The position numbers and the translations under genes are program-made. From Bacteroidota bacterium (lineage in GTDB: Bacteria; Bacteroidota; Bacteroidia; Cytophagales; Cyclobacteriaceae), in the NCBI GenBank assembly GCA_024280115.1, contig JAJRQT010000230.1:146-64145 (forward strand): a stretch of 64,000 nt of DNA. The letters run 5' to 3'. Shown here piece by piece: positions 54,801-63,766 of this stretch (positions are counted from its first letter, which is position 1; every line of letters begins with the position of its first letter). A model generated the notes under the pieces. That model was not told the DNA's origin. It ran no database searches and worked only from the letters and a program-made list of their open reading frames with translations.

Positions 54801-55446
54801 TCAAATTGTTGAAAATGAATTTGGATGTACTGATACATCATCGCTGGAGATTGATGTGGTAATTCCCGTTTATAACATTTCTATTTCAGAAGTAAAGGTT
54901 GATGTAATCGATGGTCAGCTAAAATTTATTATTGGAATTCAAAATAATGGTACTATAATTTTAAATAATCCTCATGTAAAGATTGACCTTGGACATGAAA
55001 TTTCGGTCAATCATACAATCAAAACCTCACTATTGCCAGGGGCATCAAATGAATATGAAATTAATTTTGAGGTCTTAAAGAGATCAAACCAGTCCATTGA
55101 CTACATATGCTTTTCTTTTTCAGGAAAATTAGGGGCATTTCTGGATGTTGAACCATTTGACAATGAACAGTGCATTAATATTGATCGCTCTTTCAATGTT
55201 CTGGAACCATTCCCAAATCCTTCTTCCACCCATGTGGATGTTCCGGTTATTTTGCCTTCTTCAGGTAATTTGGATCTTCAAATGACCAGTGAAAATGGGA
55301 GTATTGTTTATCATAAGAGATTTCAGAATCTTAGTCCCGGTTTGAATGTTATTAGCATTGACCTTACGCCATACCGCAGCGGGTTTTATTTATTGACCGT
55401 TCGCCATACTGATTTTGAAACTACCACCAAGCTTGTAATCCAATAG
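51868..55446 (+). CDS. Large cell-surface protein: N-terminal beta-propeller-like region, multiple PKD domains, T9SS C-terminal sorting domain
   Basis: Signal peptide. PKD signatures 'WKWDFGDGSGTS', 'WVWDFNGEGSS' and 'YQWNFGDGYFS'. The C-terminus 'LEPFPNPSSTHVDVPVIL...GFYLLTVRHTDFETTTKLVIQ' is typical of type A T9SS CTDs. Confidence 0.85.
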   Translation: MLKRTLFFCSIITFFIAKLSFGQCPTSYFSLPASACINEQIFPENSSTGAISYVWDFCSGDFELTPTIESIGSSKFIGRGRSFRIVETDEGNWIGFSIDQAGNRLVRFEFGSSPQNKPSITNLGNPSSALSGAFDFNIVQASGQWYILVVNSLTNEFIRISFGYDLLNISPAVDNLGSFGELNKPNSLTTVIEADNVFTFISNGGNGSITRLEFGNSIENSPAATSFIVTGIKNPRGIDIIKDCDRWVGLVTSYSNNKLFYLDFQDGLSQKPITDIISFFASFNFPAGLSIIHEGGQYYSLIQSALGDLYKLSFGASISDFTGNGQNLGNFGLKANFANEWINSGSDWYGFSIELSNPSTPGAGNLIRFTFPTICYNTKVTSNLKNPESKYTSSGTYQISLESSDVNGNVNTFNKSITISSSEAPQIDAQITGNCISSPINFSGQELSGTINSWKWDFGDGSGTSILQSDSYAYSKSGTYPVKLNVKDANGCSNVIMDTVRIYEEPISNFSYPGNLCTNNPVLFTNTSTGETGPVVTWVWDFNGEGSSTDKESIFSFAEGGDKNITLSTSIPGCSSEISKIINIIPGPITNFIFNGNCEYDQFEFTNNTTGDDITGYQWNFGDGYFSSKSSPRHRFEACGNYVVGLTASNALGCSTKLKKVVPVRYIPELNFTNDLACSENTVTFFDQSSVQGANIVERNWILKNNSLGYEQYSQGLSPSFLLEGAGEYEVTQIDFSNYGCMDTLVRNINVYKSPVADFIIENTCLGDSTLLSPAVQLPEGTTLTSVDWLIDGGIYSEDVVKHKFKDPGNFDIELYIRASNLCSGNISKILAINPLPEVDFLMSSFCKDQLVDLKSTTTSSFDPVKSYTWSIDDHPVSWQDQFQYEFKKADRYNVTLGVITKNNCPASKDKTIEINPSPRSEFDAFPSYGASPLKVSFIDRSKGAQTVQYLFSKYNKDGTNEANPIYIYNNIGKDLSTQIVENEFGCTDTSSLEIDVVIPVYNISISEVKVDVIDGQLKFIIGIQNNGTIILNNPHVKIDLGHEISVNHTIKTSLLPGASNEYEINFEVLKRSNQSIDYICFSFSGKLGAFLDVEPFDNEQCINIDRSFNVLEPFPNPSSTHVDVPVILPSSGNLDLQMTSENGSIVYHKRFQNLSPGLNVISIDLTPYRSGFYLLTVRHTDFETTTKLVIQ

Positions 55447-55469
55447 AAAGCTTTCAATATCCATGTTTG

Positions 55470-55510
55470 CAGCAATATGCATGAATATTGCATTAAACAG
55501 TTGCTGTTTT
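55470..55510 (+). terminator. Possible intrinsic terminator after the PKD/T9SS gene
   Basis: CAGCAA (55470-55475) pairs with TTGCTG (55501-55506), followed by TTTT. An internal GCAATAT/ATATTGC hairpin is an alternative fold. The long loop makes this non-canonical. Confidence 0.35.
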
Positions 55511-55737
55511 AGCTAAATAATTGGATTTAAGGTTTTATTTTCAAATTGTTTTCTTCATCCTTTTTTAACCGAACTCACAGTGCCAAATAAACCGTAGAAT
55601 ATTATTATCAATATTAAAATCCTATTTAATTTTTATAAAAAACTAAGTAGCTTAGCAGCATGATATTTCACCGATATTGTGAGTTGCTACTAAATTCAAT
55701 TAAACCCTGATTTACCTATTAAATATTTAATTATTCC

Positions 55738-56070
55738 ATGGATTTCAAAGATCGTTTTTTACAAATTGACGAAAAGAAGAGGCAGGCTTACTTGTTTGGT
55801 ATTCTTTCAAACGATAACAATCTACGCAATGATTTCCTTGGAATATTCAGCGATGAATTTGTCGATGAACCACCAATAACTAATGGATCAGAAGATCCTG
55901 TGGACATGGCCCTGAGAGACATCCGGGAAATTGCAGAGGGACTATCTTCAGAATTTAATGATCTCTTAATTTTAGATATTTACCATGAAAAACCTTCCAG
56001 GACAGCGCAAAGGGAAGAGTTTAGAAACACAGGAATTATAAGCGAAAATGATAAAGTAATTTTTAATTAA
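55738..56070 (+). CDS. Hypothetical protein (110 aa)
   Basis: ORF ending 6 nt before the next gene. No motif recognised. Confidence 0.45.
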   Translation: MDFKDRFLQIDEKKRQAYLFGILSNDNNLRNDFLGIFSDEFVDEPPITNGSEDPVDMALRDIREIAEGLSSEFNDLLILDIYHEKPSRTAQREEFRNTGIISENDKVIFN

Positions 56071-56076
56071 ACAGTT

Positions 56077-57132
56077 ATGGCAAAACAAATCACTCCAAGA
56101 AGCACTAAAAACGAAATCCTCGGTGCATATAATCAACTACTTCATGAAGTGCAGGATAAGAAGACAGAAGAACCAAAAATAATTCAAAAGGAGAAAAAGG
56201 AGCAGGAAACCATTAAAAAAGCATCCACAAATAATTATGAACAGATTGTAAATGGTATTTCCGGTCTGAAGCTGAATATCTCCAAAGAGCTGGACAAGCT
56301 CAATGAGCAGCTTGTTGGCGAATATGAAAAATTGTCTGACATCCAAAAAGCTATTGAATTAGAAAAACGAAACCTTGATGAGTTGTACCAGGTTACAGCC
56401 AGCGCTGATTCTCTGGCTGCGATGTTATTGGCGCAAAAGGTAAAAAAGGAAGAGTTCGAAATTGAAATAACGACCAGGCAAGCTGATTTTGAAGGCAAGA
56501 TTGCAAAAGAAAAAGAAGCTTTCGAAACAGAGATGGCAGAAAAACGTGCTCAATGGAAAAAAGAAAAAGAAGAGCAGGATGTCGCAGCAAAAGAACATGT
56601 AAATAAATTGAAAACATTGCGCGAAAGGGAGGAAGAAGAATATAGGTATAATATTAAGCTGAGCAGAAAGAAGGACGAAGATGCATATGTTGAAAAAATG
56701 GAAAAGCAGATGCGGGAATTAACGGACAAAAAGGCAGCTTTCGAAAAAGAAATTGCTGAAAGAGAGCAGAAGGTAGGTGAAGCCGAATCTGAACTCAAAG
56801 AGCTTAGAACAAAAGCAGCCAGCTTCCCAAAAGAATTGGAGAAAGCCGTAAAAGATGCAGAAACTGCATTGGAAGAAAAGATTTCTATGCAATACAATTT
56901 TGAAAAAGAATTGAATACAAAGCAAACTGATGGGGAACTGGCATTGAAAGATCAGTCTATTGCATCACTAAAAGAAAAAATCAAAGAACAGGAGCTATTT
57001 ATTAAAGAGCTTGCCAGGAAAGCCAACGATGCTGAAAGCAACGTGAAAGATATCGCAGTGAAAGCCATCGAAAGCTCATCGAAAGTACAAGTTGTGGAAA
57101 GGCAGGTTGATAAAACTGCCGCTAAAGATTAG
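56077..57132 (+). CDS. Lys/Glu-rich coiled-coil protein, unknown function
   Basis: 351 aa dominated by heptad-like K/E/A/L repeats. The several antisense ORFs here are low-complexity shadows. Confidence 0.6.
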   Translation: MAKQITPRSTKNEILGAYNQLLHEVQDKKTEEPKIIQKEKKEQETIKKASTNNYEQIVNGISGLKLNISKELDKLNEQLVGEYEKLSDIQKAIELEKRNLDELYQVTASADSLAAMLLAQKVKKEEFEIEITTRQADFEGKIAKEKEAFETEMAEKRAQWKKEKEEQDVAAKEHVNKLKTLREREEEEYRYNIKLSRKKDEDAYVEKMEKQMRELTDKKAAFEKEIAEREQKVGEAESELKELRTKAASFPKELEKAVKDAETALEEKISMQYNFEKELNTKQTDGELALKDQSIASLKEKIKEQELFIKELARKANDAESNVKDIAVKAIESSSKVQVVERQVDKTAAKD

Positions 57133-57317
57133 GTTAAGGGTAATAACAAAAACATAAGTGGCCAGAAGAAGATTAATTTCCAAATCCTGACCTCGGATTT
57201 CGGACTAATTTGAAATTCCACCGAAATGATTGTAGAACCTTTAAAACTATATTTAAGATCATTTAATATAATAATTAGAATTGCTAACTTGGAACAAAAT
57301 AATATTTTGTATCAGAG

Positions 57318-57794
57318 ATGAGTCACACACATAAAATCGATGGAATTGACAAGAAAATTTTGGAAATTTTACAGTCAAGAGCAAAAATTACAAATGCAAA
57401 ACTTTCTGAGGAAATAGGCCTTTCTCCAGCCCCTACTCTCGAGAGAGTGAAGAAGCTGGAGCAGATGGGCATCATCTCCAGCTATCATGCGAAGCTAAAT
57501 ATAGAAAAAGTTGGCCTGGGAGTAACAACTTTTGTACTCGCAACACTTAACGCCCATAACCGGGCAAACATAGAAAGCTTTATTCAGGAGATTAATAAAA
57601 TTCCGGAAGTTATAGAGTGCCACCACATCACTGGTGCAGGAGATTTTATACTAAAGGTAATTGCAAAGGATATTGCCACATACCAGAAATTGATGCTGGA
57701 AAAAATCAGCGATATAAAGCAGGTGGATAATATGCAATCCATGGTAGTCCTTTCAACATTTAAGGACAGCAAAGTAATTCCGATAAATAAATAA
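57318..57794 (+). CDS. Lrp/AsnC-family transcriptional regulator
   Basis: HTH 'DKKILEILQSRAKITNAKLSEEIGLSPAPTLERVKKLEQMGII' plus a C-terminal RAM-type domain. 158 aa. Confidence 0.9.
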   Translation: MSHTHKIDGIDKKILEILQSRAKITNAKLSEEIGLSPAPTLERVKKLEQMGIISSYHAKLNIEKVGLGVTTFVLATLNAHNRANIESFIQEINKIPEVIECHHITGAGDFILKVIAKDIATYQKLMLEKISDIKQVDNMQSMVVLSTFKDSKVIPINK

Positions 57795-57803
57795 TATTTT
57801 CTG

Positions 57804-58307
57804 ATGACCTCCACTGAAACCAGGATACTAAATAAACAACAGATAAAGCAAAAGATCAGCCGGATTGCTTATGAGATTTATGAGAATAACTACCTTGAAA
57901 AAAAGCTGTACGTTGCAGGAATACCGAGCGGATATAAGTTGGCGGGGCTGCTTGTTAAGGAATTAAAAAAAATCAGCCCTTTTGAAATAAAACTGTTGAA
58001 AATTGAGCTTGATAAAGACAAACCTTCCGCAGAAAATATTTCTGTGGATTGCGATCCTGAAGAATTGCATGGTAATGTTTTGATTTTAGTAGATGATGTA
58101 CTCCATACCGGAAAAACCTTCCTTCATAGCTTAAGGCCGTTTTTGGATGTTGATGTAAAAAAGATTGAAACTGTAGTACTCGTTAACAGAAGCCATAAAC
58201 TCTTCCCTATTTCCTCTGATTATACGGGGTATGAATTATCGACCACGCTAAAAGATCATATAGAAGTGGTACTGGATGCTGGTGAATTTGGAGTTTATTT
58301 ATATTAG
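57804..58307 (+). CDS. Phosphoribosyltransferase-family protein (PyrR-like)
   Basis: PRPP-binding loop 'VLILVDDVLHTGKT'. 167 aa. Whether it regulates pyr genes cannot be told from sequence. Confidence 0.7.
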   Translation: MTSTETRILNKQQIKQKISRIAYEIYENNYLEKKLYVAGIPSGYKLAGLLVKELKKISPFEIKLLKIELDKDKPSAENISVDCDPEELHGNVLILVDDVLHTGKTFLHSLRPFLDVDVKKIETVVLVNRSHKLFPISSDYTGYELSTTLKDHIEVVLDAGEFGVYLY

Positions 58308-58496
58308 AATAGCTGATCAACTAAAAGGACAAAACACACTAAAACGAAAAAGTTTAAATCCTTCCGGAGAACCACAATTAACGCTAACCAATGCTGATAA
58401 TCTATCAACATCCAGCACATATCCATGTAGTGAAAGATCCGACAAGTGTGGAATTGCTATTTTAGTTTTCTAATTTGCGATCTAAAGATAATATTC

Positions 58497-59315
58497 ATGT
58501 CCACCAGATTTTCCGATATTCGCAGGGTCACCACCCATCAGCTTCAGGCAATGAAAAATGCAGGAGAGAAAATTTCCATGCTTACTGCCTATGATTATTC
58601 AATGGCTAAAATCATTGATGCCGCCGGAATTGACATCATTCTCGTTGGAGATTCTGCCTCAAATGTGATGGCAGGGAATGAAACAACCCTGCCGATCACC
58701 CTGGACCATATGATCTATCATGCAACTTCAGTTGTAAATGCAGTGGAAAGGGCGTTGATCGTAGTTGACATACCATTTGGATCTTACCAGGGAAATTCCC
58801 AGGAAGCCCTTAGATCTTCGATAAGAATAATGAAAGAATCCGGGGCACATTCAGTAAAAATGGAAGGAGGAATAGAAATAAGGGAATCCATCGACCGGGT
58901 TTTGAGTGCCGGCGTTCCCGTAATGGGACATCTAGGGCTTACCCCTCAATCTATTTATAAATTTGGAACTTATACCGTAAGAGCAAAAGATGAGGTAGAA
59001 GCAAATAAACTTTTAGATGATGCCATGGCGCTTGAAGAAAGCGGTTGTTTTGCGTTGGTTATAGAGAAGGTTCCCGCTGCGCTCACCAAAAAAGTTTCTG
59101 AGCAATTAAATATCCCAATAATAGGAATTGGTGCAGGGTCTTATGCAGATGGGCAGGTGCTCGTAATGCACGATATGCTGGGCATAAATAAAGAATTTAA
59201 CCCCCGGTTTTTAAGAAGGTATGCAGATCTTCATTCCATCATTACCGGTGCTGTGGAAGAGTACATTTCCGATATTAAATCAGAAAGTTTTCCCAATAAA
59301 AAAGAAAGCTATTAG
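58497..59315 (+). CDS. panB: 3-methyl-2-oxobutanoate hydroxymethyltransferase
   Basis: The start is moved to ATG 58497 ('[12 protein letters not shown]'). Motifs: '[12 protein letters not shown]', '[13 protein letters not shown]', 'VKMEGG' and 'GHLGLTPQS'. Confidence 0.9.
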   Translation: MSTRFSDIRRVTTHQLQAMKNAGEKISMLTAYDYSMAKIIDAAGIDIILVGDSASNVMAGNETTLPITLDHMIYHATSVVNAVERALIVVDIPFGSYQGNSQEALRSSIRIMKESGAHSVKMEGGIEIRESIDRVLSAGVPVMGHLGLTPQSIYKFGTYTVRAKDEVEANKLLDDAMALEESGCFALVIEKVPAALTKKVSEQLNIPIIGIGAGSYADGQVLVMHDMLGINKEFNPRFLRRYADLHSIITGAVEEYISDIKSESFPNKKESY

Positions 59316-59328
59316 CGATCATTTAGCT

Positions 59329-60396
59329 TTGAAAAAAGTCTTGTTCATAGTCCCGTACCCAATAGGAGAAGCACCTTCACAAAGGTTCAGATTTGAACAA
59401 TACTTTTCTATTCTAAAAGAAAATCAAATAAGTTTCGACATTCAGTCTTTCTGGTCGAAGGAGGCGTGGCAGATACTTTACAAGGAAAATCATAGTGTTA
59501 AAAAGGCTATGGCTTTCGCAAGTGGTTTTGTAAAACGCTTTCTATTATTATTCAATATTCACAAATATAATTTGATATTTATACATAGGGAAGCATTACC
59601 GGTTGGCCCTCCAATTATAGAGTATTTGATTTCAAGAGTGTTTAAAAAACAAATCATCTATGATTTTGATGATGCTATATGGATGCCAAATACCTCCGGG
59701 CAAAACAGCATTGTTAGATGGTTGAAATTCCATGGTAAAGTAAATAGTATTTGCAAATGGAGCTGGAAAGTGAGTTGTGGGAATAGTTTTCTTGCGGAAT
59801 TCGCCGGTAAGTATAACAATCAGGTTATTATTAACCCAACCACAATTGAAACTTCTTATCACAAATCAAATATTGAAAAGTCAGAAAATCAGAAAATAGT
59901 CATCGGATGGACCGGAACGCATTCTACAAACAAATATTTTGAATCATTCAGGCCTGTTTTAAAAGAGCTGGCAAGATACTCTAACGTGGAAATATTGGCC
60001 ATTTCTGACCAAAAACCAAACATCGATATTGATGACTTTACTTACTTAAAATGGTCTAAGGAAGATGAAATTCAGCAACTGGATCGCATTGATATTGGAA
60101 TTATGCCATTAGAGAATACAACTTGGGAAAAAGGTAAATGTGGTTTTAAGGCATTGCAATATATGGCTTTGGAAATTCCGGCAGTTGTATCGAATGTCGG
60201 GGCAAATCCAGATATCATTGATCATGGAATAAATGGATTCCTTTGCGAAAATAACGATGAATTTAAAAAGCATATTATCGATTTAATTTCATCTAAGTCA
60301 TTAAGAATGAAAATAGGTGAAAATGCTCGTAAAAAGGTGGTGAAAAAATATTCGGTTCAGTCCAATACTGTGGTTTTTCTTTCTCTGTTTGAGTAA
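59329..60396 (+). CDS. Glycosyltransferase (GT-B fold, group 1-like)
   Basis: The TTG start at 59329 gives 'MKKVLFIVPYPIGEAPSQRFRFEQY', whereas the ATG at 59221 would overlap panB. C-terminal 'KCGFKALQYMALEIPAVVSNVGANPDIIDHGINGFL'. Confidence 0.7.
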   Translation: MKKVLFIVPYPIGEAPSQRFRFEQYFSILKENQISFDIQSFWSKEAWQILYKENHSVKKAMAFASGFVKRFLLLFNIHKYNLIFIHREALPVGPPIIEYLISRVFKKQIIYDFDDAIWMPNTSGQNSIVRWLKFHGKVNSICKWSWKVSCGNSFLAEFAGKYNNQVIINPTTIETSYHKSNIEKSENQKIVIGWTGTHSTNKYFESFRPVLKELARYSNVEILAISDQKPNIDIDDFTYLKWSKEDEIQQLDRIDIGIMPLENTTWEKGKCGFKALQYMALEIPAVVSNVGANPDIIDHGINGFLCENNDEFKKHIIDLISSKSLRMKIGENARKKVVKKYSVQSNTVVFLSLFE

Positions 60397-61685
60397 TCTA
60401 ACAGTATAAAAAGTCCGGCAACAAAGAATGGAAATAATGGGATTTTATACCTTGCCAATGTCCCGAAATTATATGTCGATACACCAACAGCAAACGCAAA
60501 AACTATTGAAAATAAAAAACAAAATATCAATATTGACTTGGTTGAAGATAGTCGCATTGATTTAATTAAACCAACCCGAAAAACCACATAAACGGTAAAT
60601 AAAAGAAGAATAAACGATTCTATGGCTGAAAGTAGCATCACAACGTTATGGATCTCCCAAAAATATGGCCTGTACAAACTCACCCAAACTGCCAGCGGAA
60701 ACTTTTTGAGCATGCCGGTAGGGCTATAGTCAAAGTCACCAAGGGTATAGGCAGATCCTTGATCCCGAATGCTCACATAATGAATCCATTCTGCAGTTGT
60801 TTTAGCTGTATTAGACATGCTTTCAATATTGTATCTCGGATCCTCCTCACCAACTTTCACGACCGAATAATAGCCAATAACCCCAGCGATCCCCAAAACC
60901 AATGGTGCTACTAAAAATCTAATAATGACATTTTTTATTTTGCTTATTCTCCCGGAGAAAATCCACAATATCGCAGCTGGTATGTAGCACAGGAGTATAT
61001 ATATTTTTACCGTATATAGTGTATAAAATGAAAATAACAATATTATCACTGATATCACCAAATGCTTTTTATCAAAAAATAAATTGTATATGGCATATGT
61101 CGCCCAGCCCAATGCCCCGATTGTTATCGTGTCCTTAAGTATTCCCGAACCCCAAAAAAACACGGATGGTATAAAAAAAATGGCTACCGCAATACCAAAA
61201 TGCTGTCTGGGGTACATTTTGTAGAAAGCGTGATACATCGCCCATAAACCGCTAAAGCTGATTACTGCAAATAATACCGCTGTGGCAGAATATGTATGGA
61301 ATGTGATTAGATCAAGAATTCCAGCCATCCTGACCACAAAATAAGAAGACAAATCTCCATATGTAAAGATCTTTGAAGCATACTGAAATGTCTCTGGTGA
61401 ATATTCTGATCCTGCAAAAACTAGCTGTATTCCATGAAGAGGGTTATTCATGAATGCTTCCCAAATATGCCTGCTACCGTGTGTAAAATAGGTGAAGGTA
61501 TCACCACCATTGTAATAGAACTGATAAATGAAGCCAACTGAAATTGCGCCGATTATTTTTAAGGTAAGGCCCGGCAAAAAATATCTCCTGTTTTGCTCAT
61601 CAGTCACTGATCGTCTGACGAAATAGGCAAAAACAAAAACAATTATTATTAAAACCGGTGTGATGAATAAATCTTTAATCTCCAT
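60357..61685 (-). CDS. Polytopic membrane protein, possibly a glycan polymerase or GT-C-like enzyme
   Basis: 442 aa with about 11 hydrophobic helices. Its 3' end overlaps the convergent glycosyltransferase by 40 nt, and its start overlaps the upstream gene by 11 nt. Confidence 0.55.
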   Translation of the reverse strand: MEIKDLFITPVLIIIVFVFAYFVRRSVTDEQNRRYFLPGLTLKIIGAISVGFIYQFYYNGGDTFTYFTHGSRHIWEAFMNNPLHGIQLVFAGSEYSPETFQYASKIFTYGDLSSYFVVRMAGILDLITFHTYSATAVLFAVISFSGLWAMYHAFYKMYPRQHFGIAVAIFFIPSVFFWGSGILKDTITIGALGWATYAIYNLFFDKKHLVISVIILLFSFYTLYTVKIYILLCYIPAAILWIFSGRISKIKNVIIRFLVAPLVLGIAGVIGYYSVVKVGEEDPRYNIESMSNTAKTTAEWIHYVSIRDQGSAYTLGDFDYSPTGMLKKFPLAVWVSLYRPYFWEIHNVVMLLSAIESFILLLFTVYVVFRVGLIKSMRLSSTKSILIFCFLFSIVFAFAVGVSTYNFGTLARYKIPLFPFFVAGLFILLDYSNRERKTTVLD

Positions 61686-62871
61686 GCTTTTTCAGAGATT
61701 TCAGATAAGCTTTAGCCTTCTTATTGGCATCATCTTTTCTGCTGGAGTTTTTTCTGATGGTTCTGAGACATTTTTTAGCTTCATCTTTTTTGCCTCTTTT
61801 ATCATAAATATGTGCCATTCCCAAAAGTGCATATAAATAATACCCGGATTCCAGGGCCTTAATTTCTTCTGCAAACTCAACTGTACGTTGGTAATAGTAA
61901 AAAGCCTTGTCCTGATCCAGATTAGACTCCCAAATCTTTGCGAGGTAAAAACAAGCATATCTTCCACTATTTTGTTCGTAGCCGGTATAACTACTATCTA
62001 TCTTCATCAACAAATCTTCTGCAACACTTTTTGCTTTTGCAAATCTCCCGGTATGAAATAGTAATCTTGTATAATATCTATGAAAAAAAGCATTATCAGG
62101 ATAAGTTTTGTGAAGGTATTCCGATTCATACAAAGCACCCTGAGCATCATTTTCTTCAATAAATAATATCCTCATCAACCAATACTGAGCTTCGGTTCTT
62201 GTATAAAATGCGTTACGAGCCACCTCTCTTAGCTGATCAAGCCCCAACTCTTTATCACCTTTGTCAAACATGATTAGAAAAGGCCTTAGCTGTGGATAAT
62301 TGTCGGGAATCCACACAGAAAAATAGTTATAAAGACCATCGCCAAACAACAATTCCGGGCTCAATTCATCTTTGCTTCGGCAATCATCCAGGTAGTTGAG
62401 CGCTTTATTGGCATGCCCTGCCGCCTTGATCCATCTACGCCTGTCAGAATATAATCTTGCCTTGAATCCGTAAGATGCAGCGAGGAAAAATGCCCCCTCA
62501 ACCTTCAAACTATCTACCAAATAGAGCTTTTTGGCTTTCATTATGGAGGTATCCATATAAGCCAGAAATTGTTCGTCATGAGTCTCGATATTCATGTTTG
62601 GCATAATTTGCCACCATTCATTCAACCCCAATAAAAAATATGGGAGCGGGTGCTCCTTATAGTCTTGTTTCAACCAATTAAACTGCCTTCTCGCTTTCCG
62701 AAATTTAAAATTGTACATATCATTTAAAGCCCGGGTAGCTTCTATCTGCACAATCATATCGGCAATAAGGAGGGAATCTTTTGCGTCAGTTGCGTAACTC
62801 TGGTTTATATCATTAAAAATGAACAATGCGGCAAAAGGAAATACAATAAGCCACTTGCTTTTTAAATTCAT
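61675..62871 (-). CDS. Secreted helical-repeat (TPR-like) protein
   Basis: Signal peptide 'WLIVFPFAALFIFN'. Helical repeats with Tyr/Ala-rich TPR-like units. Basic C-terminal tail. Confidence 0.55.
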   Translation of the reverse strand: MNLKSKWLIVFPFAALFIFNDINQSYATDAKDSLLIADMIVQIEATRALNDMYNFKFRKARRQFNWLKQDYKEHPLPYFLLGLNEWWQIMPNMNIETHDEQFLAYMDTSIMKAKKLYLVDSLKVEGAFFLAASYGFKARLYSDRRRWIKAAGHANKALNYLDDCRSKDELSPELLFGDGLYNYFSVWIPDNYPQLRPFLIMFDKGDKELGLDQLREVARNAFYTRTEAQYWLMRILFIEENDAQGALYESEYLHKTYPDNAFFHRYYTRLLFHTGRFAKAKSVAEDLLMKIDSSYTGYEQNSGRYACFYLAKIWESNLDQDKAFYYYQRTVEFAEEIKALESGYYLYALLGMAHIYDKRGKKDEAKKCLRTIRKNSSRKDDANKKAKAYLKSLKKHGD

Positions 62872-63017
62872 GCCAATAAATATATGTTAATTTTCAATTA
62901 GCCACAAAAACAAAAAATGTCTGTTAATTTCGTGATCGTAAGGATGATTGTGTATTTCAAGTCTTATGTTAAATATTAAAACGCATTATAAATTTTAAAA
63001 TTTGAATTTAAATTAAA

Positions 63018-63665
63018 ATGTTTAAAAAAGAATACCCTTTTGTAATTGTTATTAAAGATCTTCTTGAAATCAAGAGAATTCCGTTTTTTCTCCTCCTTTG
63101 CCTGATTACCTTTCTTATACTTTTTATAAAAAAAACATTTATTGAATATGAGATCACCGCCTTTCAAATATTGGACGAGCGGGGCCAGTTGGGGTTGTTC
63201 AAAACCATTTCAGCATTGCAATATCTTTCTATTCCTGTAATATATCTTTTGAAATTTTCATTTATAGCGTTTTTCATATGGGTGGGCTGTTTTGGATTCG
63301 GTTATAAAGTGACCTACTCAAATTGCTGGCATATTGCAATGGTTTCCGAAATAATTTTTATAATCCCTGAATTGATAAAGGTGATTTGGTTTATGGTTTT
63401 CGAAACAGATCCTAATTTTGCAGAGGTTAGGGCATTTTTTCCATTATCTCTCATGAATTTTTTCAACTTTGAAATGGTCGGAAATCAATGGCATTACCCA
63501 CTTAAGTCCTTAAATATATTTGAAGTGATCTATTGGTTTTTACTCGTTGCAGGTATATATATCAAATCTCAAAAAGAATACAGGCAATCATTGATCATCG
63601 GATTATTTGGTTATATCATTCCATTTATTTTTTGGCTCGGATATTATACGATTGTTTATAAATAA
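63018..63665 (+). CDS. Integral membrane protein, unknown function
   Basis: 215 aa with five or six hydrophobic helices. Confidence 0.5.
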   Translation: MFKKEYPFVIVIKDLLEIKRIPFFLLLCLITFLILFIKKTFIEYEITAFQILDERGQLGLFKTISALQYLSIPVIYLLKFSFIAFFIWVGCFGFGYKVTYSNCWHIAMVSEIIFIIPELIKVIWFMVFETDPNFAEVRAFFPLSLMNFFNFEMVGNQWHYPLKSLNIFEVIYWFLLVAGIYIKSQKEYRQSLIIGLFGYIIPFIFWLGYYTIVYK

Positions 63666-63731
63666 AAAAACACAGAAAAACGCTTATCCGTATTTAATTA
63701 CATTTTGCATTTTAAGTACCTTCAAGTCTAA

Positions 63732-63739
63732 TAAATTTG
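63732..63739 (+). promoter_or_regulatory. Bacteroidota -7 motif (TAAATTTG) upstream of the DUF2723 gene
   Basis: Perfect TAnnTTTG, 28 nt upstream of ATG 63767. A TTG at 63705-63707 would give a rather long 24-nt spacer. Confidence 0.4.
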
Positions 63740-63766
63740 CTAATTTCGCGGGTTAAATAGGAAATA

